In this document: positions 1-8,198 of the stretch, one piece after another
How positions within the stretch are numbered: the first letter of the stretch is position 1
Layout: each line of letters opens with the position of its first letter
Made by a program: the position numbers and the translations under genes
Origin: an uncultured cyanobacterium
Lineage (GTDB): Bacteria; Cyanobacteriota; Cyanobacteriia; Cyanobacteriales; CAWCAG01
DNA length: 64,000 bases
Direction: 5' to 3'
NCBI GenBank assembly: GCA_963803805.1
Contig: CAWDOD010000002.1
Location: 288,001-352,000, forward strand
The notes under the pieces: model-generated
Told to the model about the DNA's origin: nothing
Database searches by the model: none
The model's input: only the letters and a program-made list of their open reading frames with translations

Positions 1-345
1 TTCGGGATACTCAGTAATTAGCATCTCTCCTCTGTCCCTAAAGCGAGGAGGTTGCCCTACGCCAACGTGGACATCAGAATAGCCTTTGTCATAGGCCATA
101 TTGACTATATCTGCTAAGCTTGGCTGTCCAGAAGGGCGTTGCTGTTTTCCTGAAGTACTTTGAGCTTTGGGAGTAGCTGGTACTTGTTGCCTAGTAGCTG
201 AGCTAACGACAGTTTTCGTCTGGGCAACAGAGGCTGAAGAACTTTTAGGCGCTTCACCTCTAGGAGGAGTTTGCCTCGGAGGTGGTGCAGGGGGCATCCG
301 GGGAGGAGGAGGAGGAGAAATAGGGGGGCGCTGGGATTCTGTCAT
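1..345 (-). CDS. pilT: PilT/PilU-family type IV pilus retraction ATPase, 5' part (PilT2-like, Pro-rich N-terminus); runs off the window
   Basis: Manual translation from ATG at 345: MTESQRPPISPPPPP...SLADIVNMAYDKGYSDVHVGVGQPPRFRDRGEM, which matches the PilT N-terminal SDxHxxxGxPPxxR motif. Confidence 0.85.
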   Translation of the reverse strand, partial: MTESQRPPISPPPPPRMPPAPPPRQTPPRGEAPKSSSASVAQTKTVVSSATRQQVPATPKAQSTSGKQQRPSGQPSLADIVNMAYDKGYSDVHVGVGQPPRFRDRGEMLITEYPE

Positions 346-706
346 AGGTAAACTGCTACTAGTTTTGACTATAGATTAATTGAAATTCAGGAAATCCTTT
401 GTATCTATTATTCCCTAAATTTCCTTTTGCTTAATCATTACTTATTCAAGCAAAAATAAGTCCTAAGAGTGAGTGAAAAATTGTTTTTCTTTCTTGGGAC
501 AGAAAATATTTTTTAATAGAACTATCACTTGAGAAATAACCTAGCTAAAGCACTTGCTCCCAATGTAAATTTTTTTTTCTATTTACTCATCTTATTAGAA
601 AGTTTATATATACTTATTTCTACATAGCTTGACTCAATCAAATTAAATAATTTTTCGAGAAATTCCCTTTACTTTTTGTTACATAAAACCTTTAGGAGGT
701 AAGAAC

Positions 707-1081
707 ATGGAACTAACTCAAGAACATAGTTTAGGAAAAACTTATTTTGCCACTCTTGTTAAAAGCTTCTTGCTGTGGAGCTTTACTTTAACGGTTTGCT
801 TATTAGTAGTAGGTTTTCCTTTAATCGTCTTAATGATGACTGTAGGCGCTCTCTTATCGATTGTTTTACAATCAGTGTTGCCTGTAAGCGCAGTTTTACT
901 AGTAGCAGGTAGCCTACTAGGTTTTAATATTCTAGCTATTGTTACAGGAGCCGGAGTTCTTACCGTCAAAGGAGTTCATCCCCAGGAAGTTAGTTGGTTA
1001 AACTGGTTACATGGAAAAGATGGGGCTTTAGACTCCCCGATTTACCCCTCATGCCCTTTAACTTGCAATTTAATTCATTAG
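707..1081 (+). CDS. Small cyanobacterial membrane protein, unknown function
   Basis: Strong SD (AGGAGGT), several hydrophobic helices, followed by a terminator. Confidence 0.75.
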   Translation: MELTQEHSLGKTYFATLVKSFLLWSFTLTVCLLVVGFPLIVLMMTVGALLSIVLQSVLPVSAVLLVAGSLLGFNILAIVTGAGVLTVKGVHPQEVSWLNWLHGKDGALDSPIYPSCPLTCNLIH

Positions 1082-1124
1082 AACTGAGTTAGTTCAAAAG
1101 TTGTTTTGAAGATAAGGTTTGTGT

Positions 1125-1148
1125 AACCCGGTAAGTACCGGGTTTTTT
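1125..1148 (+). terminator. Rho-independent terminator
   Basis: aacccggt-aagt-accgggtt followed by a T run. Confidence 0.75.
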
Positions 1149-1203
1149 CGTATATAGGAAGTGAAGTATTGTTAAACTTCTTTAAGTGAAACATACTCTA
1201 GCT

Positions 1204-2328
1204 ATGAAAAAATCAGCCTCTTCTTCAATTTGCATCACCATAGGAACTCGTCCAGAAGCTATTAAATTAGCTCCTGTGGTGCAAGAATTTCTTAGTTCCT
1301 CTGTTTTACAAACTCAAGTAGTTCTCACTGGACAGCATCGCGAGATGGTAGACCAAGTTATGCAGCTATTTGAGTTAAGCGCCAACTGGGACTTAAATAT
1401 TATGCGACCTAAGCAAACCTTAACCGATATTACTTGTCGCAGCTTACAGGGCCTAGAAGCTCTATTTAAAGAAATTAAGCCTCAATTGGTGTTAGTTCAG
1501 GGTGACACAACTACAGCCTTTGCTGCGGCTTTAGGGGCATTTTATCAACAAATTCCTATTGGTCATGTTGAGGCAGGTTTACGTACAGATAATCTTTATA
1601 ACCCCTATCCAGAAGAAGCTAACCGCCGCTTGATCTCCCAGTTAAGCCAGCTACACTTTGCCCCAACTCCCAAAGCAGTAGAAAATTTATTTAAGTCTGG
1701 AGTGACAGGGGAGATTCATCAAACAGGAAATACAGTTATTGATGCTTTGCTAAAAGTAGCTAACAATAAGCCAAACTGTGACATTCCTGGTTTAGAATGG
1801 GAACAATATCGCCTTCTTTTGGCTACAGTACATCGGCGGGAAAACTGGGGCGAACCTTTAGAAGATATCCTTAAGGGTTTTCTATTGATTCTCGAAGAAT
1901 TCCCTGATACTGCTTTGTTGTTACCATTGCATCGCAATCCAACAGTAAGGAAACCAATTAAAGCGGCATTAGGGGAACACCCTCGCGTTTTTTTAACTGA
2001 ACCTTTAGATTATGCTCAGTTAGTAGGAGCAATTCAACGTTGTTATTTGCTCTTAACTGATTCGGGGGGATTGCAGGAAGAAGCCCCTAGTTTAGGCAAA
2101 CCGGTATTAGTTTTGCGAGAAACTACAGAGCGTCCTGAAGCAGTTGAAGCAGGTACAGCCGAATTGGTGGGAACTACAGCTAATAATATTTTGGCAACAG
2201 CTAGTAAGTTATTGCGAGATAAAGTTGCTTATCAAAAAATGGCTGGAGCGATTAATCCTTTCGGAGATGGTCATGCTTCAGCAAGAATTGTCAAAATTGT
2301 TGAAAAGTATTTGGGTTTTAGTAATTAA
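1204..2328 (+). CDS. wecB: UDP-N-acetylglucosamine 2-epimerase (non-hydrolysing)
   Basis: GTRPEAIK, GQHREM, HVEAGLR, TDSGGLQEEAP motifs. Confidence 0.95.
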   Translation: MKKSASSSICITIGTRPEAIKLAPVVQEFLSSSVLQTQVVLTGQHREMVDQVMQLFELSANWDLNIMRPKQTLTDITCRSLQGLEALFKEIKPQLVLVQGDTTTAFAAALGAFYQQIPIGHVEAGLRTDNLYNPYPEEANRRLISQLSQLHFAPTPKAVENLFKSGVTGEIHQTGNTVIDALLKVANNKPNCDIPGLEWEQYRLLLATVHRRENWGEPLEDILKGFLLILEEFPDTALLLPLHRNPTVRKPIKAALGEHPRVFLTEPLDYAQLVGAIQRCYLLLTDSGGLQEEAPSLGKPVLVLRETTERPEAVEAGTAELVGTTANNILATASKLLRDKVAYQKMAGAINPFGDGHASARIVKIVEKYLGFSN

Positions 2329-2334
2329 CAAGTT

Positions 2335-2395
2335 GTAAGGGCGAGTTCTAGTAAATTTACGAGATTATTAAAAATACTAATAGACCCGCCTTTAC
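2335..2395. repeat. REP/MITE-like palindromic element; related copy at 20487-20550
   Basis: gtaagggcgag...cccgcctttac ends; reverse complement aligns by eye with gtaagggcgggttgatgagtattttt...ccgcccctac at 20487. Confidence 0.55.
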
Positions 2396-2417
2396 TAAAA
2401 TTTCTAATTATTTAACA

Positions 2418-2978
2418 ATGAATCAAGAATGGCTAGAAATTGGTAAAATCGTCGCTCCTCAAGGCTTAAAAGGAGAAATGCGAGTTGTTAGTAGCTCTGA
2501 CTTTCCTGAACGTTTTGAGGAACCAGGGGAACGTTGGTTGAAAGATAGTCAAGGTAATCCTCCTCAAAAAGTCGAACTTGTCAAAGGACGCTTGCTACCA
2601 GGAAAAAAACTTTATGTAATTCAATTAGCTGAAGTTAAAGGGCGCGATCGCGCAGAAGCCTTGCGAGGTTATAAATTATTAATAGCTAAAAGTAGTGACA
2701 GTCTCCCTGTTTTAGCAGAGGATGAGTATCACGTCGGTGATTTAGTAGATTTAGAAGTTTACAATCAGAAAACTAGCAAAGTGATTGGTATAGTTGTGGA
2801 TGTTTTTACCGCAGGAAATGACTTATTAGAAGTCCAACTGACTCAAAAAGCTGCACCTTCTAGCTCAACAAGAGTTTTTATTCCTTTTGTTAAAGAAATT
2901 GTTCCCATAGTTGATTTAAAAGCTGGTCGCCTGGAAATTAATCCCCCTGACGGATTGTTAGAAATTAATTCAAATTGA
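2418..2978 (+). CDS. rimM: Ribosome maturation factor RimM
   Basis: IGKIVAPQGLKGE, EYHVGDL, GNDLLEV, IPFVKEIVP. Confidence 0.95.
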   Translation: MNQEWLEIGKIVAPQGLKGEMRVVSSSDFPERFEEPGERWLKDSQGNPPQKVELVKGRLLPGKKLYVIQLAEVKGRDRAEALRGYKLLIAKSSDSLPVLAEDEYHVGDLVDLEVYNQKTSKVIGIVVDVFTAGNDLLEVQLTQKAAPSSSTRVFIPFVKEIVPIVDLKAGRLEINPPDGLLEINSN

Positions 2979-3190
2979 ACTCAAACCTCTACTCCCTACT
3001 AGCTACTCACTCTTTTACGGCGTATCTCCGACACAACTAAAGAAAAATTGTCTTAAGTGTGATATCATGCTCAAACACAATGCTTAAGGTTGAAGAGTCA
3101 ATGAATCTAATAAGCATTATTCAGAGTGAACTAAGGGCTTAACCACGCATCTTCTAGTTACTGGAATTTAGACTATAGGTACTAGATTCG

Positions 3191-3224
3191 GGTAGGCAAA
3201 ATCTGTTCTTAGATTTTGCCTACC
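3191..3224. terminator. 14-bp perfect inverted repeat between convergent rimM and the CIS operon; probable terminator
   Basis: ggtaggcaaaatct-gttctt-agattttgcctacc. Confidence 0.6.
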
Positions 3225-3287
3225 TTACAGTAAAAATTGTTAGACCTCAAAAGGCGATCGCTCAAGTTGAAGAGATTATAGTTACTC

Positions 3288-3434
3288 TTAAGAAAGCTTG
3301 CCAATCTCTACAACCCAGCGTCGGCGCTCAGAATGTTCCAGAAGTAAGATATCCTCTAAAGACCAGTGGAAATGCAAAGCAATAAAGGCTACCTCTTGGT
3401 ACAACTCATCCAAGGGGTAGCCAAGGATTCCCCC
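3288..3434 (-). CDS. DUF6760-like ORF (CIS-associated) in the -1 frame of the upstream chaperone; probably the C-terminal part of a frameshift fusion
   Basis: Manual translation GGILGYPLDELYQEVAFIALHFHWSLEDILLLEHSERRRWVVEIGKLS*; no ATG/GTG/TTG in this frame between the upstream in-frame stop (~3540) and the YP motif; not in the ORF track. Confidence 0.85.
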   Translation of the reverse strand, partial: GGILGYPLDELYQEVAFIALHFHWSLEDILLLEHSERRRWVVEIGKLS

Positions 3435-3453
3435 GACGGATCTATTACCTCCT
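3387..3453 (-). promoter_or_regulatory. Candidate -1 programmed ribosomal frameshift signal (SD + shift site + 3' stem-loop)
   Basis: mRNA: AGGAGGU (3453-3447), 12 nt, G GGG GAA (3434-3428), 5 nt, GGCUACC-C-CUUGG/10-nt loop/CCAAG-A-GGUAGCC (3422-3387). Confidence 0.75.
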
Positions 3454-3736
3454 CTATAAGGTTGAGGCGTTGATAAAAGTCTTGTAAATAAGCAAAGTCT
3501 ACCAAGAATAGCTTTTGTAACGTTTCTGGAGTAACAGCACTAAACTGACCTAAAGAAGTGATTACCCTTGATAAAGCGATAAAAACCCGCTCTTCTTCGT
3601 AATTAGCTTCGCGGTATTTTTGGACAAAAATTTCATCTTTTCCTGTAGCAGGGCGCATTTTTCCGTGGCGATGGACAACTCCCTGCTCATCTACAAAACC
3701 TTTAGGTAGAGTGAAGGGAAATTCAGTATAGGACAT
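3389..3736 (-). CDS. CIS/phage tail assembly chaperone-like protein, paralog 2
   Basis: TEFPFTLPKGFVDEQGVVHRHGKMRPATGKDE...LQDFYQRLN; paralog of 3799-4137; follows the tube genes; ATG at 3736 (GTG at 3748 alternative). Confidence 0.8.
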   Translation of the reverse strand: MSYTEFPFTLPKGFVDEQGVVHRHGKMRPATGKDEIFVQKYREANYEEERVFIALSRVITSLGQFSAVTPETLQKLFLVDFAYLQDFYQRLNLIEEVIDPSGESLATPWMSCTKR

Positions 3737-3798
3737 ATCAATTATCACATTGAGAATTAAACATTAATCATTAATCATTTTCCTAATTAGATTAATAT

Positions 3799-4137
3799 CT
3801 ATTCCACATTTTCCTTGGCTTTAACTTCTTTGGGTTGCTCATTTTCTAACTCCAAACCATTAATTTGGCGATAGAATTTTTGTAAATAGTTGAGGTCGCA
3901 AGCAAAAAAGCCTTCGATTACTGCTGGACTTATATCATCTAAAGCACCCAAGCGGGTTATAACCCTAGCAAGAATCAACACTGTAGCATAGGCTGGATTT
4001 GATTTAACGCGGGGATCGCGCATCGGTGTAATTTCATCCATCGCCCGCGAAAGACGCATCACCCCTTTGCGGTGGAGATTTCCTTCTGTGTCAATGTAAC
4101 CTTTTGGTAAAGTAAATTCAAATTCAGTTTGCAGCAT
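3799..4137 (-). CDS. CIS/phage tail assembly chaperone-like protein, paralog 1
   Basis: TEFEFTLPKGYIDTEGNLHRKGVMRL..A.DEI...RDPRV..NPAY, typical of the small gene after tube genes in eCIS loci. Confidence 0.85.
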   Translation of the reverse strand: MLQTEFEFTLPKGYIDTEGNLHRKGVMRLSRAMDEITPMRDPRVKSNPAYATVLILARVITRLGALDDISPAVIEGFFACDLNYLQKFYRQINGLELENEQPKEVKAKENVE

Positions 4138-4216
4138 TTATAGTAATTTTTTCATCATGAGGAAGTAGAATAACAAGACAATTAGCCATTAGCAATTAGC
4201 TGTTAGCCAAATAAGG

Positions 4217-4702
4217 CTATTTAACCCTTATAAAATGATCCACAGCTAATTCTACTTCTTCAACCTCAAACTCATTGTTACCGGCTTTAACATCTCCTAT
4301 TTTGTAACCTACAGGCCAAGCACCTTGGAAACGAAATCTGGCTCTTTCAATTGCACCTTGATCATAAATTGTCAAGTCCCCATCTTTCCTTTGCTTACTC
4401 CACTCTCCCTCTTCCACGGCTTGAAACCACTTCCACATAGTTGTCGAAACCGTTAAACCTCGCTTCAGAGTAATATTCTCGCTTTTGCTGTTACCGGGAA
4501 GTTTAGTACGAACAACCTTACCGTTTTTAGCTCCACCCTTGCCCCATTTTTGGGGAGTAACTTCGCAAATCTCAATTACCTCTTGGCTACGCTTAAATCC
4601 TTGACACTCCATAAAATAAGCATCAATAGGATTTTTCGACCCATCTAATTTTAATTCCAGGTAAAAGCGGGCGCTACTAAGGATTTCAAATTGTTCTGCC
4701 AT
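4217..4702 (-). CDS. CIS tube-family protein (T4 gp19-like; possibly Afp5-like tube initiator)
   Basis: F.EC.G, KLPG, NITLKRG, WKWF, RFRFQGAWP, EEVEL motifs of gp19-like tubes. Confidence 0.9.
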   Translation of the reverse strand: MAEQFEILSSARFYLELKLDGSKNPIDAYFMECQGFKRSQEVIEICEVTPQKWGKGGAKNGKVVRTKLPGNSKSENITLKRGLTVSTTMWKWFQAVEEGEWSKQRKDGDLTIYDQGAIERARFRFQGAWPVGYKIGDVKAGNNEFEVEEVELAVDHFIRVK

Positions 4703-4773
4703 GGTGTACTCCTACAACTGAGCAAGACAGGAAGAAAGTTAAACTCTTACCATTCTTCCTGTTTGCCCTGAAC

Positions 4774-5247
4774 TTACTTAACCCGATGTAAGTTTTCGTA
4801 AACAATTTCAACAGTTTCTGTACCCAATTCCGTAGCACCTGCTTCTAACTTAGATGACTTGTAACTTGCAGGCATCGCTCCGGTAAAATTCCAACGGGCG
4901 GCTTCTTCTCCAGCTTGGTTATAGAGAATAATTGAGCCTGTTTTTCTTTCTCCTTTACTGCTTGTACCACCACCAGCAATAGGTTCAGAATGGGAGTCTT
5001 CATACCATTGCATCAATCTATTATCTTCAACAGTATCCACATACTCTATAGTTATTTTGCCATTTTCCACCCCGGTAACAGTAGCCTGCATTTGGCTTTT
5101 GCCTCCCTTAGTAACACCAAAAGCTTTGGTATCCCCAGCAGTTTGTAATTTAACTTCTATACCACTAACCTTTTTGACGATTAGATCATCTAAGCCATCT
5201 AGCTGAGCATAAAACTTAGAACAAGCAAGAATTTCACCAGCAGCCAT
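4774..5247 (-). CDS. CIS tube-family protein (gp19-like)
   Basis: RKTGSIILYNQAGEEAARWNFTGAMPASY...ETVEIVYE. Confidence 0.85.
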   Translation of the reverse strand: MAAGEILACSKFYAQLDGLDDLIVKKVSGIEVKLQTAGDTKAFGVTKGGKSQMQATVTGVENGKITIEYVDTVEDNRLMQWYEDSHSEPIAGGGTSSKGERKTGSIILYNQAGEEAARWNFTGAMPASYKSSKLEAGATELGTETVEIVYENLHRVK

Positions 5248-5298
5248 AGTTAAACTCCAAAATTTAGTTCAATAACAATAATTCAATAACTTCAGTGA

Positions 5299-5772
5299 CT
5301 ATTTCACACGATTAACTTGTTCGCAGAGTACAGTAAAAGTTTCCTTACAAAGGTCTTTACTATCTGCGGCGAAGTCATTGACTTTATAGGTTTTAATCCA
5401 GATATTGACAAGATTCCAGCGCAAAACTTCGTTATCTTCACTGTCATAACCAACAATGGAACCATTTTTACGGTTTTCACGCCACTTACCGTCGCCACCT
5501 TCGCTCTTGGGCATGGTGGCCTTCAACCAGTTATACCAATCCTGATCGCCTTCACAAAGATAAGTTTCGATGGTTACATCAGGGTTTTCTTCAAATCCTG
5601 CTGAGGTGGTTTGCCATAGAGTCTTACCATCTTTAGTAGAAGCTAGTGGTTTTTCGTGACCGGCGGTTTGTCCTGTAAAAGTTACCTCTTGGACGCTAGC
5701 AACTAGTTTATCTGTCAAGCCATCTACTTCCCAGTAAAATCGACTAGTTGGGGTTGGTCTTAATTCTGTCAT
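5299..5772 (-). CDS. CIS tube-family protein (gp19-like)
   Basis: RKNGSIVGYDSEDNEVLRWNLVNIW; directly after the sheath gene; strong SD. Confidence 0.85.
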   Translation of the reverse strand: MTELRPTPTSRFYWEVDGLTDKLVASVQEVTFTGQTAGHEKPLASTKDGKTLWQTTSAGFEENPDVTIETYLCEGDQDWYNWLKATMPKSEGGDGKWRENRKNGSIVGYDSEDNEVLRWNLVNIWIKTYKVNDFAADSKDLCKETFTVLCEQVNRVK

Positions 5773-5888
5773 TGTTTAACTCCTAAATCTGCAACAAAAT
5801 TAATAGTTTTCTTTTGCTTAGTTGGAACAGAAGAAGGGCGACTCTTGAAAATTTTTGGGTCGCTCTTCTCCATTTTAGATCCTAATGA

Positions 5889-7604
5889 TTACTGGTTGGG
5901 GGCCCATTGGCTAACGCGGAAAATGACAAATTCGGCCGGACGTACAGGACAAACACCAACTTCTACATAAAGGCGACCCATCATCATGGTTTCTGGGGTA
6001 TTGAGAGTGCCGTCACACTTGACATAAAAAGATTCGGCAGGGGAAGCACCAAATAGCGCTCCTTCGCGCCACAAACGCTCTAGGAATGTACCAACGGTAC
6101 GCTTTACCCTTTCCCAAAGATCCATATCATTAGGTTCAAAAACAACCCATTGAGTACCAATCTCAATGGACTTTTCAATGTAGCTAATCAAGCGACGTAC
6201 ACTGATATAGCGCCATTGAATATTATCAGGTTCAACCAGAGTACGAGCGCCCCAAACTTTGTAGCCTCGATTGTAGTTAGCAAAGTTACGGATACAGTTA
6301 ATCCCCATGGGGTTGAGAAGTTCTTGTTCCCGCATATTGGTTTCGTAGGCTAAACCAATGACTCCCCTGGGGGTGTCATTAGCTGGGGCTTTGAAAATAC
6401 CACGGTTTTGGTCAGTGCGACACCAAATTCCCATCATATGACCACAAGGGGGGATACTAATGGGTCTTCCTGCATTGCGAGGGTTGGGAACTTTGATCCA
6501 GGGGTAGTATAAGGCGCCAAACATAGAACGGCGGTTAAAGGCTTTTAACCACTCAGCTATGTGTTGGGGTCTTTGTTCTTCAGGCTTGACAGCTTGGTTC
6601 TCATTCTTACCCATCTTAACAGGGGGGGGATCTAACACCACCATGCGGTAAGGAGGGCCAGGGAAGGAGTTCTCGCAGAGACTAACCATCATCTCCATGA
6701 CCCCATGTACCTGATCTAAGTCCAGCAAATTGTCTTGGTAGGCCCGCATCAGGTCAGGACAGGCTATCATAGCTACTTCGTCTACTTCAAACAGCCCTTG
6801 CATCCCTTGGCGTTCGTCCCGGCTACCGGTTACATCCCTGGTTAAGCGATCAGGAGGCGCAATGTAAGGAGGGGGGGCAACTTCATAGGTTCCATTGGCA
6901 GGCCGTCGAGAGATGGCAGATTGTCCAGTGATGGAGATGTCAGCAACGCTTACATACTCAGAAGCTTCCATAACTGCAACAGCATAATCTGCTACGGCTG
7001 TTTCTACTTCTGGGTTCATGGTGAGGTTATCGTAGCGCTCTAATTCTTCGTTACCACTTCTGACTACTACATTGAAGAATTCCCCAGTATTGATTGGGGA
7101 TTCTGCGTCTTCCGGGGCATCATCGGGTAGGGGTTTAGGTGTGCTTTCTTCTACATAAACCCGGATGCGTCCATCAGCAGAAGGTAAGGCCAGTTGACTA
7201 TTTTCTCCTTCTGGCATTTTCAAATTGAATGCTAAAGAAGGTTTGCCCCCAGGAGTAAGCATTTTCGTTGCCGTTTCTTCTGGTGCTGGGGCTTCGGAAC
7301 CAGGTAATTTTGTACCGATACTTGTTACCCAACAACGTCCTCCCCCATTCAAAAACCAACCTTGGACAGCGAAAGGAAGATAGGCATCAAAATCTGTAAA
7401 ACCATCAGAACCCGGTTTAGCAAAATACTCCCTAAACTGATCGAAGTTGGTAACCATCATTGGCTTAAACAATTCTGCGTCGCCCCGGACATCTTCGGTA
7501 AAACCGATAAATCCTGCTACGCTCATACTTAACCCTTCAATCGGGCGACTGCCCCGGTCTACTTCTTCAACGTAGACCCCAGGAGCGAAATAATCCAATG
7601 CCAT
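5889..7604 (-). CDS. Contractile tail sheath protein (Afp2/3/4, Pvc2-like)
   Basis: YFAPGVYVEEV, ALYYPWI, KAPAN, LNPMGINCIR, VWGARTL, WRYISVRR, WVVFEPN, PVRPAEFVIFR. Confidence 0.97.
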   Translation of the reverse strand: MALDYFAPGVYVEEVDRGSRPIEGLSMSVAGFIGFTEDVRGDAELFKPMMVTNFDQFREYFAKPGSDGFTDFDAYLPFAVQGWFLNGGGRCWVTSIGTKLPGSEAPAPEETATKMLTPGGKPSLAFNLKMPEGENSQLALPSADGRIRVYVEESTPKPLPDDAPEDAESPINTGEFFNVVVRSGNEELERYDNLTMNPEVETAVADYAVAVMEASEYVSVADISITGQSAISRRPANGTYEVAPPPYIAPPDRLTRDVTGSRDERQGMQGLFEVDEVAMIACPDLMRAYQDNLLDLDQVHGVMEMMVSLCENSFPGPPYRMVVLDPPPVKMGKNENQAVKPEEQRPQHIAEWLKAFNRRSMFGALYYPWIKVPNPRNAGRPISIPPCGHMMGIWCRTDQNRGIFKAPANDTPRGVIGLAYETNMREQELLNPMGINCIRNFANYNRGYKVWGARTLVEPDNIQWRYISVRRLISYIEKSIEIGTQWVVFEPNDMDLWERVKRTVGTFLERLWREGALFGASPAESFYVKCDGTLNTPETMMMGRLYVEVGVCPVRPAEFVIFRVSQWAPNQ

Positions 7605-7849
7605 GATTCAGCGATCCTCCAGATGTAGAATATCTTTACCTTAAATTTATTAATCCCCTAAATCTAGTAAACAGCCGCTTTCTTGCAAATTTCTTAAACT
7701 TTTCGAGAATGTTTACCCAACTTAATAACATTTCTTGCCAGAGGGGGGATTTACTTTTTGATGTTTAGATATTGTTAATATGTAAAGCCACCTTCACTTT
7801 TAGGCTAGACATAGCATTCAGTCTAAACAAGGGATCTGGCGGTAGCCAT

Positions 7850-7940
7850 TAGACTTTGGTCTATAGCTATATTTTGAGGAATTGGCAAAAGTATTAATTT
7901 TTTCTAACTATTAAGCAATTGTGATCCTAACTTAGGTTAG
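7850..7940. promoter_or_regulatory. Two related 14-bp palindromes; candidate NarL/LuxR-type operator sites in the divergent CIS promoter
   Basis: TAGACTTTGGTCTA (7850-7863) and CTAACTTAGGTTAG (7927-7940). Confidence 0.4.
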
Positions 7941-8198
7941 TTTCAAAAGTAAAAAGTAACTTAAAATATACGCTGATTAATCTTGATCCTTACACCAACA
8001 AGAGCAAGTACAGCAAAGAATTAGGAAATCAAGGTAGCATCTGGGTACAAAACTTAGTCAAATGGTGGGGCGCAATTTTCTTTTCCTCTATCGCGCTTAG
8101 GAAAAAATCAGGAAAAGTCAAGAGAAAGTTTGAAGTTAAAAAGACAAAAAACATTTTTCTTGATAACTTCTTCGCAAAAGAGTTTTAGGGGCAATTTT

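Noticed and set aside
167-379. 70-aa Gly-rich ORF on + strand
   Set aside because: Antisense shadow of the Pro-rich pilT N-terminus.
3191-3224. c-di-GMP-I riboswitch (GGCAAA)
   Set aside because: Simple perfect inverted repeat with no second GEMM stem, located downstream of convergent genes.
4181-4208. Heptamer tandem repeats (also ~11098, 20441, 41613)
   Set aside because: Ordinary cyanobacterial STRR-like intergenic repeats.
3389-7604. Prophage or type VI secretion system
   Set aside because: No capsid, terminase, portal or integrase and no TssJLM/ClpV; DUF4255 and DUF6760 point to an eCIS.
7957-7972. NtcA site upstream of the CIS regulator
   Set aside because: Spacing is GTA-N10-TAC, not GTA-N8-TAC.
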